64,000 nucleotides of DNA from Octopus vulgaris (taxonomy: Eukaryota). Below are positions 1 through 13,303 of the stretch, one piece after another. The first letter of the stretch is position 1. Each line of letters starts with the position of its first letter. Both the position numbers and the translations under genes were made by a program. Below the pieces are notes generated by a model. It saw only the letters and a program-made list of their open reading frames with translations, searched no databases and was not told the origin of the DNA. The stretch is taken from assembly GCA_951406725.2 (NCBI GenBank), contig OX597817.1, positions 30,566,001-30,630,000 on the forward strand. The letters are read 5' to 3'.

Positions 1-61
1 GCGTGTCTGTGTGTGTGTGTGTGTTGGTGTTATTGAGACATCATTATCATCATCATCATCA

Positions 62-105
<44 letters not shown>

Positions 106-124
106 TGTGTGTGTATACATACAT

Positions 125-718
125 GCACACACAAAACCATCTAGTTAGGAGAACTAACTCAATTCAGCCATAAACACACACAAGAGCTTTTGTCCCTAAT
201 TAGCTGACATCTCTCAAGCATGCATAAATACACAAGCTTTTCAATGTGCATAATATCAACATTAGTTATTTTGCCAAGAGCAGTACACAATATATCAGAA
301 AGAAAGCATCCATCCTTGTAGACTTTGCCTCAGGCATCCATTTACAACTGTCAACATTAATTCACTAGTTTTCTGGGGGGTTTCTTCCTTTCCAAGGTAG
401 TGCTCTTGTTAAGGAATGCATCAGATTGTTGCAATATGTGCAGGTTTTTATGGAGACAAAGATTGCAATTACATGCTTAGAATGCACAAGGACAAGACTT
501 TATCAAAAATGTTCCTGGTTATACTGAGTAGTGTTTCCCTCCTCCTGGAGTTTCCAGAGGAAACAGAAGGAAATGGACTTCCTGGACTTGAAAAGGTTCC
601 TATGTGAAATGAGCATTTTCTTCAAATCATTAAACTTAATTTCATTGTAATTTCTCATATTATCAGATGAAGTAAGAGTCACCTTATAGATAATTTCCTT
701 GGAAATTAATGGACAAAG
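125..718 (-). mobile_element. Inverted copy of the 3' ~600 bp of the degenerate PLE at 4186-4800
   Basis: Reverse complement of 4186-4800. ORFs 416-607 and 4315-4506 give almost the same peptide. Ends at the (GAA)n tract. Confidence 0.9.
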
Positions 719-864
719 AAGAAGAAGAAGAAGAAGAAGAAGAAGAAGAAGAAGAAGAAGAAGAAGAAGAAGAAGAAGAAGAAGAAGAAGAAGAAGAAGA
801 AGAAGAAGAAGAAGAAGAAGAAGAAGAAGAAGAAGAAGAAGAAGAAGAAGAAGAAGAAGAAGAA
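718..864 (+). repeat. (GAA)n microsatellite
   Basis: Perfect GAA run. Confidence 0.99.
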
Positions 865-1129
865 GATGACGACGTAAGGCAGCAAGCAAGCAGAATTGTT
901 AGCATGCAGGGCAAAATGTTCAGTGACAGTTCATCCCTTATGTTCTGAGTTCAAATTCCACTAAGATCCACTTTGCTTTACATCATTTCAGAATTAATAA
1001 AATAAGTACCAGCTGAGCACTGGGGTCAATGTAATCGACTTATCCCTCCCCCAAACCTGATGGCCATGTGCTAAAATTTTAAACCAATATCCCTGCATGT
1101 GTGCATGTGTTTGCACATGTGTACACATG

Positions 1130-1670
1130 CACAAATACACACACACACACACAAATACATACACACACACAAACACACACACAAATACACACACACTCAC
1201 ACAAATACAAACACACTCACAAATACACACACACACACACACAAATGCACACACACAAATACATACACACACAAATACACATACACAAATACATACACAA
1301 ATACACACACACACACAAATTCATATGCACACACAAATACACACATACCACATACAAATACATGCACACTCACAAATACACACACAAATACATATATACA
1401 CACACACAAACACATACACTCACACACAAATACATGCACACACACAAATACACACACACACAAATTCATACACACACACACAAATACATGCACACACACA
1501 AAAATACACACACACACACATACAAATACACACACACACACAAATACACACACACACACACAAATACATACACACACACAAATACATACACACACACAAA
1601 TACACACACACACACACAAATACACACACACTCACAAATATACACATACACACACACAAATACATACATA
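1130..1670. repeat. Compound (CA)n/ACAAAT microsatellite
   Basis: Seen directly; it explains the His/Thr and Cys/Val ORFs. Confidence 0.95.
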
Positions 1671-3549
1671 CGTGTGTATATGAGTTTCTTTAAAATATAG
1701 CACTACAGTTACATTTAATCTATATAAAGTCCTGTTTGGATTTCTGGTCACCTTGATCTTTGATTCATAATTTTTCCCATATGTGTGTGTGTGTGTGAGC
1801 ATGCGTACATGCACGCATGCGTGTGTACTTGAGGTAATCTCATTAGTAGAAATTCCTTTGTAAGGCTTTAATAAACATTTTGATAAACGCCTGCATGATC
1901 AATCGCAATATGCCTGTATATATATGTATGTATATATATATATGTGTGTATAGGTACATTTTTGTTACTGCAAACAATGCTTTGAATGGAAACCTAGATT
2001 TATTGCAGTCACACTTAGTGGCAGACACGCATGCACACATTCATAAGCACTGACACCTACACACACACACACACACATAGACATAAAAATTACTTACTAA
2101 CATAAATAATAATATACATATAACATACAAGGAAAAAAAAAAGCAGAAATACTCAGCTTGTGAATAACTCACAGCCTGAACTTCAACAATGCATATATAC
2201 AAAATAAAGAAAAACATAAATTTCAGTTGGATTTTTCCGATACAAAAACAAGGTTAACTCCATCGCTACATAAATATATAGAAATAAAATGTAAGCAAAA
2301 CATGAACTCCAAAACATCAACATAAAATTATTCTGGAAAATGAAAAAATAAATGGCTGAAAAAAAAAAAAAAAAAAAGGAAACAGATCAATAACTGTAAT
2401 TTTTTTCCATTAAGCCTCCATGGCTTTGAACAGAAGACTTTGTATACAAGGAAAAAAAAATAATGATAACAATAACAACAACATCAGCAACTACAACTCT
2501 CACAGCAATGTGGAGAAAAAGAAGAGAAAGAAAGAGAATAGTTGACTAAAACTATATAAATGTATGTATATATATATATATACGATGATGATGATGATGA
2601 TGATATATAGGGAGAGAGAGGCGGGGATAGAGGGAAATATATAGGTTTACAAAGAAAATACAACTCAACACATGTCCTGGAGGTTAGATATTTGTATTAA
2701 AATTTTGACTTAGATTTGCATTAATAAAAATTTCAAAGCCTCATAATGTCTGTCTGATCATCCGGCTGCTTAAGCAGTAAGTGGTGAAATGTTCATAGCT
2801 TCTACACACAATTGAATTTCATTGGATGGTCAGAATACCTCACTCTCATTGGTCGAATCAGATAATATGGTGGAATTGGCAACTTGGTAATTGCTATTTG
2901 TTATAGTAAGTGGTGGTCTCATTAAGAAAGTCTTGTTGATAATAAAGAAAGCATAATTAAGTTGGTTCACTGGAAGACTCACTTCTTCAAGAATATGACT
3001 ACCAGCACATCTTTGATAAACTCCTTAGATAAAAGATCTTGAGAACTTTGAAGCAAACATGTTCAACATGATTAAGAAGATAAAATTTTGGCACATTTCA
3101 ACCCTTTCTTAAACAATTTGAACAATTACATAACACCTTTCAAGCAATCTCTTAATGTGCACAACATCATCAAGAAATACAGGAAACTTCACACTAAAGA
3201 AAAGGCTTTGACTGTTATCAAGTAGTTCTGAGGTATTTAGAACAAAGCAGTTTGTTAATTCAGTGAAATTGATATCATAGATTATTGAAATCCCACTTCC
3301 TGAAAGCTCTGAACTACATGAGATAATTCACTAAGATCATTGGCTTTGATATTAAAAGAGACATGCATACTAGAAAGTCATTCTTATGTACTGATGGCTA
3401 CTACTGCATCAAAAAGGAAGCTAACTCATTGTTCAATGTTTGTGTGGGAAGCTATCACGATTTTTGTGGGTTTTGTCAGATTATTTGACCTACTCACTCC
3501 TAAGGATACATATCTGCTAACAGTTCGTGTTTATTCTTAGATGATGGCC

Positions 3550-4800
3550 TGGCAAGTTCAAGGAACTTGAACAGATAAATCATGGATAGATTTAGTAAAA
3601 ATTTGAATCTTCAAGGAGTTTAACTTACATATCATTATTAACTCCACCTTATCAGCAGTTAACCTCTTGGATATTACTTTAGACTTTAAATAGGTTGATG
3701 ATGAAAGGTAGATAATAAAAGACCTAATAAAAGACTTAATAAGAAAACCATATATATATTTATAGGAATTCCAACCATCCCCTAGCAAAACTTAGTAGTC
3801 AGAGTTGGTAGAATAATCTCCAATTTATCAACAGATAGAGATATTTTCAACAGAGCTGCACACCATTACCACAAGACCTTAGGGAAAAACAGCTATGGTG
3901 GTAAGTAAGCGTACATGGATAATCCACATCCCCAAGCTGAAGACAGTTAATTTGGAGAAAATAATTCTCTTCCCAATGTATTCATCTCCAAAACTATAAC
4001 TAGGGACAACTTTTTATCATTGAGTAGATAACAATTCATGAAGATTCATAATTAGCATATTTTAGGGTGCATAATATTAAAGTTAGTTACACTCACCAAG
4101 ATACCATCGCATGCTACAACTTATAAAATATCTTACAACCACACAGGCTTTAGTCCAGGCATCCACCTGCAACAGCCAACTCTAATTTCTTTGTCCATTA
4201 AGGAGATTCTTCCTTTCCAAGGAAATTATCTATAAGGTGACTCTTACTTCATCTGATAATATCATGAGAACTTACAATGAAATTAAGTTTAATGATTTGA
4301 AGAAAACGCTCATTTCACATATGAACCTTTTCAAGTCCAGGAAGTCCATTTCCTTCTGTTTCCTCTGGAAACTCCAGGAGGAGGGAAACACTATTCAGTA
4401 TAACCAGGAACATTTTTGATAAAGTCCTATCCTTATGCACTCTAAGCATGTAATTGTTATCTTTGTCTCCATGAAAACCTGCACATATTGCAACAATCTG
4501 ATGCATTCCTTAACAGGAGCACTACCTTGGAAGGGAAGAAACCCCCCAGAAAACAAGTGAATTAATGTTGACAGTTGTAAATGGATGCCTGAGGCAAAGT
4601 CTACAAGGATGGATGCTTTCTTTCTGATATATCGTGTACTGCTCTTGGCAAAATAACTAATGTTGACATTATGCACATTGAAAAGCTTGTGTATTTATGC
4701 ATGCTTGAGAGATGTTAGTTAATTAGGGACAAAAGGTGTTGTGTGTGTTCGTGGCTGAATTGAGTTATTTCTTCTCCTAACTAGATGGTTTTGTGTGTGT
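3550..4800 (+). pseudogene. Degenerate Penelope-like element (RT thumb + GIY-YIG), different lineage (Nematis-like)
   Basis: Broken translation VNLLDITLDF...RIISNLSTDRDIFNRAAHHYHKTLGKNSY...NIKVSY...CPL..KEIIYKVTL...CYLCLHENLHILQQSDAFLNR, with many stops and frameshifts. Confidence 0.7.
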
Positions 4801-4822
4801 ATGTATGTATGTATACACACAC

Positions 4823-4869
<47 letters not shown>

Positions 4870-5282
4870 ATTATCAAACAAATAGAAATTTTATATTAAT
4901 AATTACTTTGAAAATTGGACAAAAAGCAAGAAATAAACCAACACTATTTACAAAATTTAATGAAATCGTATGCATTTTAGAAATTTTCCATGAATGAGAA
5001 ACTAAATGAAAGTAATTAAAAAGATTCACTGTTAGGCAATTGAGGATGTGATTTGAATCTACTATCCTCAAATACCATTAGGTGACTACTCATCAATATA
5101 TCAATTTATGATCAATAAAAAATGAGAACGCCTACCAGTAAATTAGATGAATACCGACATAACAGCACAATAGCTTTTGTAGACGTTAAATAAATATTAC
5201 AGTTAACTAAATCTAGAATAGCCACTTTGACTATTGCTCTCAGCTATGGTCACTAACCAGTGTCAAATTAATCTCAGAACTT

Positions 5283-5836
5283 GAGGCAATCCAACAAAGC
5301 TACACGAAGAAGATAGCCTCTATGCAGCAGATAAGCTATTGGGAAAGACTTATGAGATTAAGACTCTATTCCTTAGAGCATAGGTGAGAAAGATATGTCA
5401 TAATATACATCTGGAAGATCCTGGAAGGACTTGTCCCAAACTTTGGCATCGAGAGTTACACAAATATTAGGAAAGGGCGCCACTGCATAGTGCCAAGGAC
5501 TCCAAATTTGCCATCAAGATGTAGGACAAGATACTGCAATAGCCTGGGCTTCAGAGGTCCACAGCTCTTCAATATCTTCCTGAAGGACCTGAGAGACCTG
5601 CATGGGATGGATGTAAATGTCTTCAAAACAAAGCTGGACCTCTTCCTGTCAGGTGTCCCAGATGAACCAACTTCGCAGCAGGAGGTAAAGATGAGGGCAG
5701 CTGCATCAAACTCTTTCATGCACCAAATGTCAATTGCTAAAAAGCATTCGTGAAGTAAAATTATGTAGCAACACCAGATGGCAGTGCCCCATCATGGCCA
5801 CAGCTCGTGAGCTGAAACTACATGAAATAAAAAAAA
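5283..5836 (+). mobile_element. 5'-truncated CR1/L2-group LINE 3' end
   Basis: Translation SYWERL..LRLYSLE.R.ERY.IIYIWKILEGLVPN...SL..RGPQLFN......FKTKLDLFLSGVPDEP, followed by a 3' hairpin and an A-rich tail. Confidence 0.8.
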
Positions 5837-6129
5837 GCACTGACATATGTCCATATTACAGTGGCACACTACATGATGTCCTGTTTCCCTTACACTACAA
5901 AACAAATCCAAATAATCTAAAATTTAATACTTATGAAAGAATCCCAGGAAAGTGGTGGAATGGCTTCAAATCAAATCGCAATATTGAATTTCTATTGATG
6001 CAACCCTAACCACAAAAACAAATACCACAAGGTAGTTTCTTTCAAAAGCAATAGTTTTTGGGAGTCTTTGTCATTAATATTTGCATCATTTTGCTGATGT
6101 ATATCCCTGAAATTTCACATGCACACACA

Positions 6130-6193
6130 CTTGTATGTATCTGTATGTTTGTATATACATGTGTATATGAATGTATGTACATATGCATATATC

Positions 6194-6227
<34 letters not shown>

Positions 6228-6415
6228 TGTATGTATGTATGTATGTATGTATGGGTATGTTTGTATGTATGTATGTATGCATGCATACATGTATGTATGT
6301 ATGTATGTATGTATGTATGTATGTATGTATGTATGTATGTATGTATGTATGTATGTATGTATGTATGTTTGTATGCATGCATGCATGCATGCATGCATCT
6401 ATGTACGCATGTATG

Positions 6416-6449
<34 letters not shown>

Positions 6450-6475
6450 TGTATGTATGTATGTATGTATGTATG
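6130..6475. repeat. (TATG)n microsatellite
   Basis: Seen directly. Confidence 0.97.
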
Positions 6476-6959
6476 AATCATTTTAGTAGTGGATTTGTAA
6501 ACTCATTAGATCTTCAGATGAAATCATTTGTGCTATTTGATTCGGCTCTTACTTTCAGATCCCATGTGGTTCACTTTCATTCTTCGAGGGTCAACAAAGT
6601 AAAATGCTTGTCTAGGGCTGTGGATTGGCAGAATTGTTAGATTAATGGATAAAATGCTTTGCAGTGTTTGTTTCAGCGTTTTTATGTACTAAGTTCATTT
6701 GCTCTAACATAGTGGCCCTTAACAATCCTTTGAACAGAATCAGTAACATGGAGAGGTGAGACTTGCTTCCATAAACAATGTTTCTGAAGACTGTTCTCGA
6801 GAGACAGGATACCTGAGAATATATAATATAAATTATGCGTGTGTGTATGTATATATGTATGTGTGTATATCATCATCATCACTGGTACCACCATCACCAC
6901 CACCACCACCATCACCTTTTAACGTCCATGTCCCATGCTGGTATTGGATGGTTTTCAAG

Positions 6960-7190
6960 GCAGTGAGCTGGCAGAAATGTTAACACACCGGGCGAAATGC
7001 TTAGTAGTATTTTGTCTGCCGCTATGTTCTGAGTTCAAATTCTGCCGAGGTCAACTTTGCCTTTCATCCTTTCGGTGTCGATTAAATAAGTACCAGTTAT
7101 GCACAGGGGTCGATATAATCGACTTAATCTGTTTGTCTGTCCTTGTTCATCCCCTCTGTGTTTAGCCCCTCGTGGGTAGTAAAAAATAGG
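6960..7190 (+). mobile_element. SINE family B (~230 bp, tRNA-like head)
   Basis: GAGCTGGCAGAA A-box-like and GAGTTCAAATTC B-box-like motifs. Other copies at 14440-14852, 38308-38538 and 38798-39028; diverged copies at 880-1090, 53690-53800 and 54750-54970. Confidence 0.85.
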
Positions 7191-7841
7191 TATTGGATGG
7201 TTTGACTATGATTTGATAAGTTGAAGGACTCTATCATACTCCATTGTCAACTTTAGCACAGTTTTTATGGCTGGATACCTTTCCTAATGCCAACCACTTT
7301 GCAGCACTGTTGAAATCCCCAGGTACCTTGCAAACCAACAATCCCAGAGAAGGAGGATACTGCAGGTATGTGTTAGATGGAACTTAAGGTATGAGGAAAG
7401 AGGCTGGAGTAGAGCAGATTCTTGTTGTAGAGGAGCTACATGGTTACTCATATACAGGAGAGAGAGTAAAAATGAATTAGAGGTACCACTAAGGAGATAG
7501 ATAGTAGGGAAGAGGTGTCTGGGTGGCATTAGAGATAGCAGAAGTGGTTATGGATGGGGGACAGAGGTTTGCAAGTGTGTGTAAGAAAAGATAGGGAAGT
7601 AGGAGAGAAGACTTGCAACATCTTTAAAGGGTTGAAGAGAGGAGGCTATAGGGATGCTACCAGTAAGCTAGCAATGATGAACACACACACATGCACACAC
7701 ACTTAAACACACGCACACATACATACACACATACACATATATGTCTGGCTGGGGTTACAAAATTTTCTTCCCAACCACATGGTTTTAGGTTCAGTCCCAC
7801 TGCTTGGCACCTTGGGCAAGTATCATTCACCATAGCTCCAG

Positions 7842-8040
7842 CCGTTCAAGAATTTGGACCTGGAGATCTCCATTTCCAGCTACTTTGAGGGCCACCTCCC
7901 AGTGGTGTCGGGCATCAACAAAGAGCCCTCGACTACAAGACGACCAAAGATTTTTTTTTCCAAGGTCTGGGGTCTCCTGCTCCTAAGCCCGAGACCATCA
8001 CCTAATCACCCTTACCAGTCTTGTTGCTTAACAACAACAA
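7842..8040 (+). mobile_element. Short non-LTR retroposon 3' fragment nested in a decayed SINE A
   Basis: 12-bp TSD CCATAGCTCCAG (7830-7841 and 8041-8052) and an (ACA)n tail. Confidence 0.75.
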
Positions 8041-8622
8041 CCATAGCTCCAGGCCAAACAAAGACTTGTGCATGGTTTTGATTGGTGAAAACTGAAAGAA
8101 GTCCATCATATAAAATATATGTGTACGTTTGCATATGTTTGTGCGTGTGTATGCATGCATATGTGTGTACATGCATGTGTATGTTTGTCCACATATGCTT
8201 GCCTGCATGCATACATTTGCTCATATGCATATATGTGTACATGTCCAGCTATATGTGTGTATATGTGAGTAAGTGAAATGCGTTAGTCAACCTGAGTATA
8301 TGGTAGAAAATAACCACCCAAAGGTACTGCACAGTGAAAGGAACATATGATGACATGCTTCCAAAACAAACCTCTGCAATACATAGACATATTTGATGTT
8401 TCTCAAAGCCCTCAAATTGTACAGGTTTGTGAAACAGCTTCACTGACTGCAGACCCTATATTACATAGAACATTACTGAAGCCAATAGTATATGCAGAGC
8501 ACTACCATAATTTTCCTCTGGTGTGCACCACCATTGAACCAGAATGATTGAGAAATCACTATTAAACAAAAACAAAGGGGTGCAATATTTAGAGCAATTC
8601 TGATTTTTTTTTTGTAACCATA

Positions 8623-8623
8623 G

Positions 8624-8687
<64 letters not shown>

Positions 8688-8698
8688 GGTGGTGTTGG

Positions 8699-8751
<53 letters not shown>

Positions 8752-8803
8752 CTGATGATGATGATGATGGTGGTGGTGGTGATGGTGGTGGTGATGATGA
8801 TGG

Positions 8804-8837
<34 letters not shown>

Positions 8838-9090
8838 ACTGATGATGCTGATGATGACAATTGGTGGTAGCAGTGATTGTGGTGGTGGTAGTGGTGGTGG
8901 TGGTGATGGTGTGGTCATTGCTGTGATGCAGTTGTGGCTGCAGTGTTTCTGGGAAAGGGTTGTCATGGTGATGATGATAATGATGATGATGATGATGATG
9001 GTGATGAAGAAATGGATGATGATGACGACGACATCGACGACAATGACGATGATGATGATGGGTGGGGGAGGTAGCGCTAGCGATGGTGAT
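8623..9090. repeat. (GAT)n/(GGT)n compound trinucleotide repeat
   Basis: Seen directly. Similar tracts at 10160-10490 and 14860-15100. Confidence 0.95.
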
Positions 9091-9503
9091 TTCTTTTGCT
9101 AGTTTATTTGTATGTTTTATTACAGTATTAATAGTTTCTTTTCAATAGTAACAGTAATAAATTTAAATGCAAAGCATGTAATTTTTACAGAGTATTTTCT
9201 ATGTATTTATTTTATTGATATTGTTTAATTTTCCAACAGAAAGCAGCTTGGCCTTTTGCTATCCTGTGTCAGAATACATTGTAATAATTGTTCAACTGAG
9301 GAAAGCTTTCAGCAAGAATGACTCGATATTTTATGATGTTAAACAAATAATATAGATATATGTATGTATATGCGTGTAGTGTATATATATATATATATAT
9401 ATCTAACAATGAAACTAGACACATAACTATACATACATACGTACAGATATTTTTATATAGATAAATATATATTCTTATATGAGTGTGTATATGTGTGTAT
9501 GTG

Positions 9504-9564
<61 letters not shown>

Positions 9565-9843
9565 ATATATATATATACAAATGTATATATATATATGTCT
9601 ATATGTATGTGTGCATGTATGTATACATGAAGTGTATACACACATATATATATATATATATATCCACGTTTATACATATGTGTGGATGTACATATGTCTG
9701 TGTATGTGCATGTGTGTATGTGAGTCTGTGTATGTACATTTCTCTATGTCTCTTTCTCTCTGTCTCTCTCTGTATATATAGGTATATATATATATATATA
9801 TATCGAGAGAAAGAGAGAGAGACATATATATATAAGTATATAC

Positions 9844-9874
<31 letters not shown>

Positions 9875-10844
9875 CACACACATATATACGTGCATGTATG
9901 CATACATATATGTGTGTTTGTGTGCATGCTTGTGTGGGAGAGAATACAAGTTCTTATGTTCATGAATGAGTATGAGTGTATGTATGTGCACCCATGAGTG
10001 TTTGTATGTGTATCTCACTTTGAAGCAATAACAACAATGACAGCAGAATTAGTAACAATAGATTTGTAGAGAATATATCGAGAATAAATTAGAAAATTGT
10101 TGCAATACTGGTTGTGCTGGAGTTAGAGGTGTTTGTATGTGGGGGTAGAACAGGCTGTTGTTGTCTGTTAGTGTTGTTGTTGTTGCTGTTGTGGTAGTGG
10201 TGGTGGTGGTGGTGTTGGCAATGGTGATGATGGCAGTTGTGATGGTAGTAGTGGTTATGGTGGCAGTGGCAGTGGTGACCATGGTGTCAGTGGTGGTGGT
10301 GGTTGTTGTGGGGATGCCGGTGGTGACCATGGTGGTGATAGTGATTGTAATGATGATAGTGGTTTTAGTGGTGGCAGTGTCAGTAGAGCTGGTGGTGGTG
10401 ATGGTAGTGATGATGGTGATGGTGGTGATGATGGTGGTGGTGGTGGTGGGGATAGTTATGGTGACAGTGATGATGGTGGTAATGATGAGAGAGAGAAGGG
10501 GCTTCTGCTGTTTAGTGTATTCTTTTTGTTTGTTATTTTGTTTGTGGTGGTGATTGTTGTGGTTGTAATAGATCGGTGGTGAATGTGGTAGTGGTGGTGG
10601 TGGCTCTGCTCATTGGTTATGATGTTACAAATGGCTTTTAGTAGATGCTGTGGTTGGATGGTTGGATGTGGTGGTATTGACGTGGGTGTTAGTGTAACAA
10701 GTACTACAAAGAACGCCAACACCAAATGTACTGATATTTGAGGTTGGTGCTCTTTGTAATTCTTTATCAAAATTTAATTTATTGCTGATGTTGTTATTTC
10801 TACACCATGTGCACACACACACACACATTCTCACACATACACAA

Positions 10845-10878
<34 letters not shown>

Positions 10879-11376
10879 ACACACATACACACACACACAC
10901 ATGCACACAGCTCAGCTAATGCAGAATTGCATTAGAAGGATCCTACCACATGGTTTTGTGAAAGGGACTGTGCAAAAACTAACCTAAATTAACTTTATTT
11001 AATTTTTCATGATGATGATGTTGCCGTTGTTGGTGATGAGAATGTCATTGTTCTTGCTGTTGTTATTTAACCCTAGGTAAACTCTGACCAAGCATGTCCA
11101 TGATCAAGAGTGTTCCTCTATGACCCAATTACCCTTTTAAGGACAACATTATCTACCCCCACAATGTCCTTTCTTATTTAAGGGGTCAGAGTTTGATTTG
11201 AGAATGTGTTAACTATTTTTCATTGCAGATCAAATGATCATATAGAGTCACATAGTGGCTCTCTTTCTCTCTCAATGATTGTAGTGGTGTTGGTGTTGAT
11301 GGCGATAGCGTCATTGCCGAACATGATTTTCCTGTCATTGTTGCTCTTGAAGGACCCTGTTTACCATACTCAAGAA

Positions 11377-11759
11377 GGGGGAGCACTCCGTCGGTTACGA
11401 CGATGAGGGTCCCAGCTGATACGATCAACGGAACAGCCTGCTCGTGGAATTAACGTGCAAGTGGCTGAGCACTCCACAGACACGTGTACCCTTAACGTAG
11501 TTCTCGAGGAGATTCAGCGTAACACAGAGTGTGACAAGGATGGCCCTTTGAAATACAGGTACAACAGAAACAGGAAGAAAGAGTGAGAGAAAGTTGTGGT
11601 AAAAGAGTACAGCAGGGTTCACCACCACCCCCTGCAGGAGCCTCGTGAAGCTTTAGGTATTTTCGCTCAATAAACACGCACAATGCCCGGTCTGGGAATT
11701 GAAACCGCAATCCTACGACCGTGAGTCCGCTGCCCTAACCACTGGGCCATTGCACCTCC
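11377..11759 (-). mobile_element. tRNA-derived SINE family D with 14-bp TSD
   Basis: Minus-strand head GGAGGTGCAATGGCCCAGTGGTTAGGGCAGCGGACTC...GGTTTCAATTCC. TSD ACCATACTCAAGAA at 11363 and 11760. Related copy at 53020-53290 (+). Confidence 0.85.
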
Positions 11760-11996
11760 ACCATACTCAAGAATTACCGTATTGGCACTCTAAATCCTTT
11801 GATAGGAGAATTGGCATTGTTAGTGAATGATAAAGACTTTGATGTCAACATAGTTCTTTACACAATAAATTGGCACATTTACTAGAATATCAAATAAACT
11901 GCCATATAGTATACACTTCAATTTTCTATGTTCTATGTTCTGAGTTCAGATCTTACTGAAGTCCCATGTCTTGACTACTTTTTAGGACTGGTAAAT

Positions 11997-12706
11997 TGTT
12001 GTGGCAGACACCCCTAAGTTAGAAGTGGGCTAGCCAACTAATAATAAATTGTGGACAGATACAGCAAAGCAAGTAGTGTCAGTCAGTGAGGTATGCTGTT
12101 CGGGCCAGTCACAGATGATGAAATATGTGATCATAATACGAGACATATCAGTGGCAATGAAGAAGTTGAACTACACACAGTGGCAAATAAGACACAACAC
12201 AGACAGACCGTGTAAGAAGACACAATAACCACAAACAGTGACAAGTATTAAAAATCCGAAAGTAGGATTCACTACACACAGTGAAAAATTTGAAGAAGGA
12301 TTGAAGTCAGGTCGCTATGTGTTAGTAGCACTGCCGGTAAACAATGTAGACTGCTACTACCTGCGGCATTCTGAAGAGAAAAATAATTCTGTGTGGAAGA
12401 AAAATAGTAATGGTAATAAGTCCATGTGAAGGATTTAAGTCAGGTCACTATGTACAGTTCTATATTTAAGAGATGTGGAATTATGTACATTATTTACAAT
12501 TGACAGATATTTGTCCGTCATCTTCTTTGTTGTTAACACAACGTTTCGGCTGATATTCCCTCTAGCCTTTATCAGGTGTCTTGGGGGTAAATTTCGAACC
12601 TGGGTTCTCATTCCTGAGGTATTTTTCGATGTCGTTGTTGTTATCATTATTATTATTCAGGTCACTGCCTGGAATCAAACTCAGAAACTTGGGGTTAAGA
12701 GCATAG

Positions 12707-12758
<52 letters not shown>

Positions 12759-13303
12759 CAACAACATCGAAAAATACCTTAGGAATGAGAGCCCAGGTTC
12801 GAAATTTCCCCAAGACACCTGATGAAGGCTGGAGGGTATATCAGCGAAACATGTTAACAAACAAGATGAGGACAAATATCCGTCAATTGTAAATAATGTA
12901 AATAAGGTCGCTATGTGTTAGTAGCACTGCCGGTAAACAATGTAGGCTGGTACTACCTGTGGCATTCTGAAGAGAAAAATAAGTCTGTGCGGACGAAAAA
13001 TTAATAATAATAATAATAAATGCATGTGAAGGATGTAAGTCAAGTCATTATGTGTTAGTAGCGCTACTGGTAAACAATATAGGCTGGTACAACCTGTGGC
13101 ATTCTGAAGGGAAAAATAATGTTTTGTGAAAGAAAAAATCTCAAAGGGGGAGGTTTTGTTGCGGGCACCCCAAGTGAGAAGTGGGCTGGTTCATTACTAA
13201 TAAATAGGGGACAGACACTGCAAGTAGTGTCAGTCAGTGACGTATGCTGTTCGGGCCAGTCACACAAACGACAAAATACGTCATCATAATGTGGGATATA
13301 TCA
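11997..13303 (+). mobile_element. Non-autonomous small LTR element (TRIM-like)
   Basis: Diverged direct repeats of ~150 bp, TGTT..ATCA, at 11997-12150 and 13157-13303. TGG PBS-like start at 12152. Polypurine tract AAAGGGGGAGG at 13143-13153. Internal ~133 bp tandem units and no ORF. Confidence 0.75.
12454..12904. mobile_element. Palindromic PLE pLTR-derived insert with two opposed hammerhead motifs
   Basis: ~12484-12657 is the reverse complement of ~12725-12900. Hammerhead motifs at 12535-12580 (-) and 12814-12855 (+). Near-TSD AGGTC(A/G)CTATGT at 12442 and 12905. Confidence 0.75.

Noticed and set aside
503-1700. Poly-Leu/Ser/Glu and His/Thr-rich ORFs (and similar ORFs at 6-10, 15-16, 31-32, 35-37 and 44 kb)
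   Set aside because: Translations of microsatellites that are open in several frames; no coding signal.
2750-2800. Hammerhead-like CTGATCA...GAAA (also CCGATGA at ~18205)
   Set aside because: Core mismatched and stems unconvincing; at most decayed PLE remnants.
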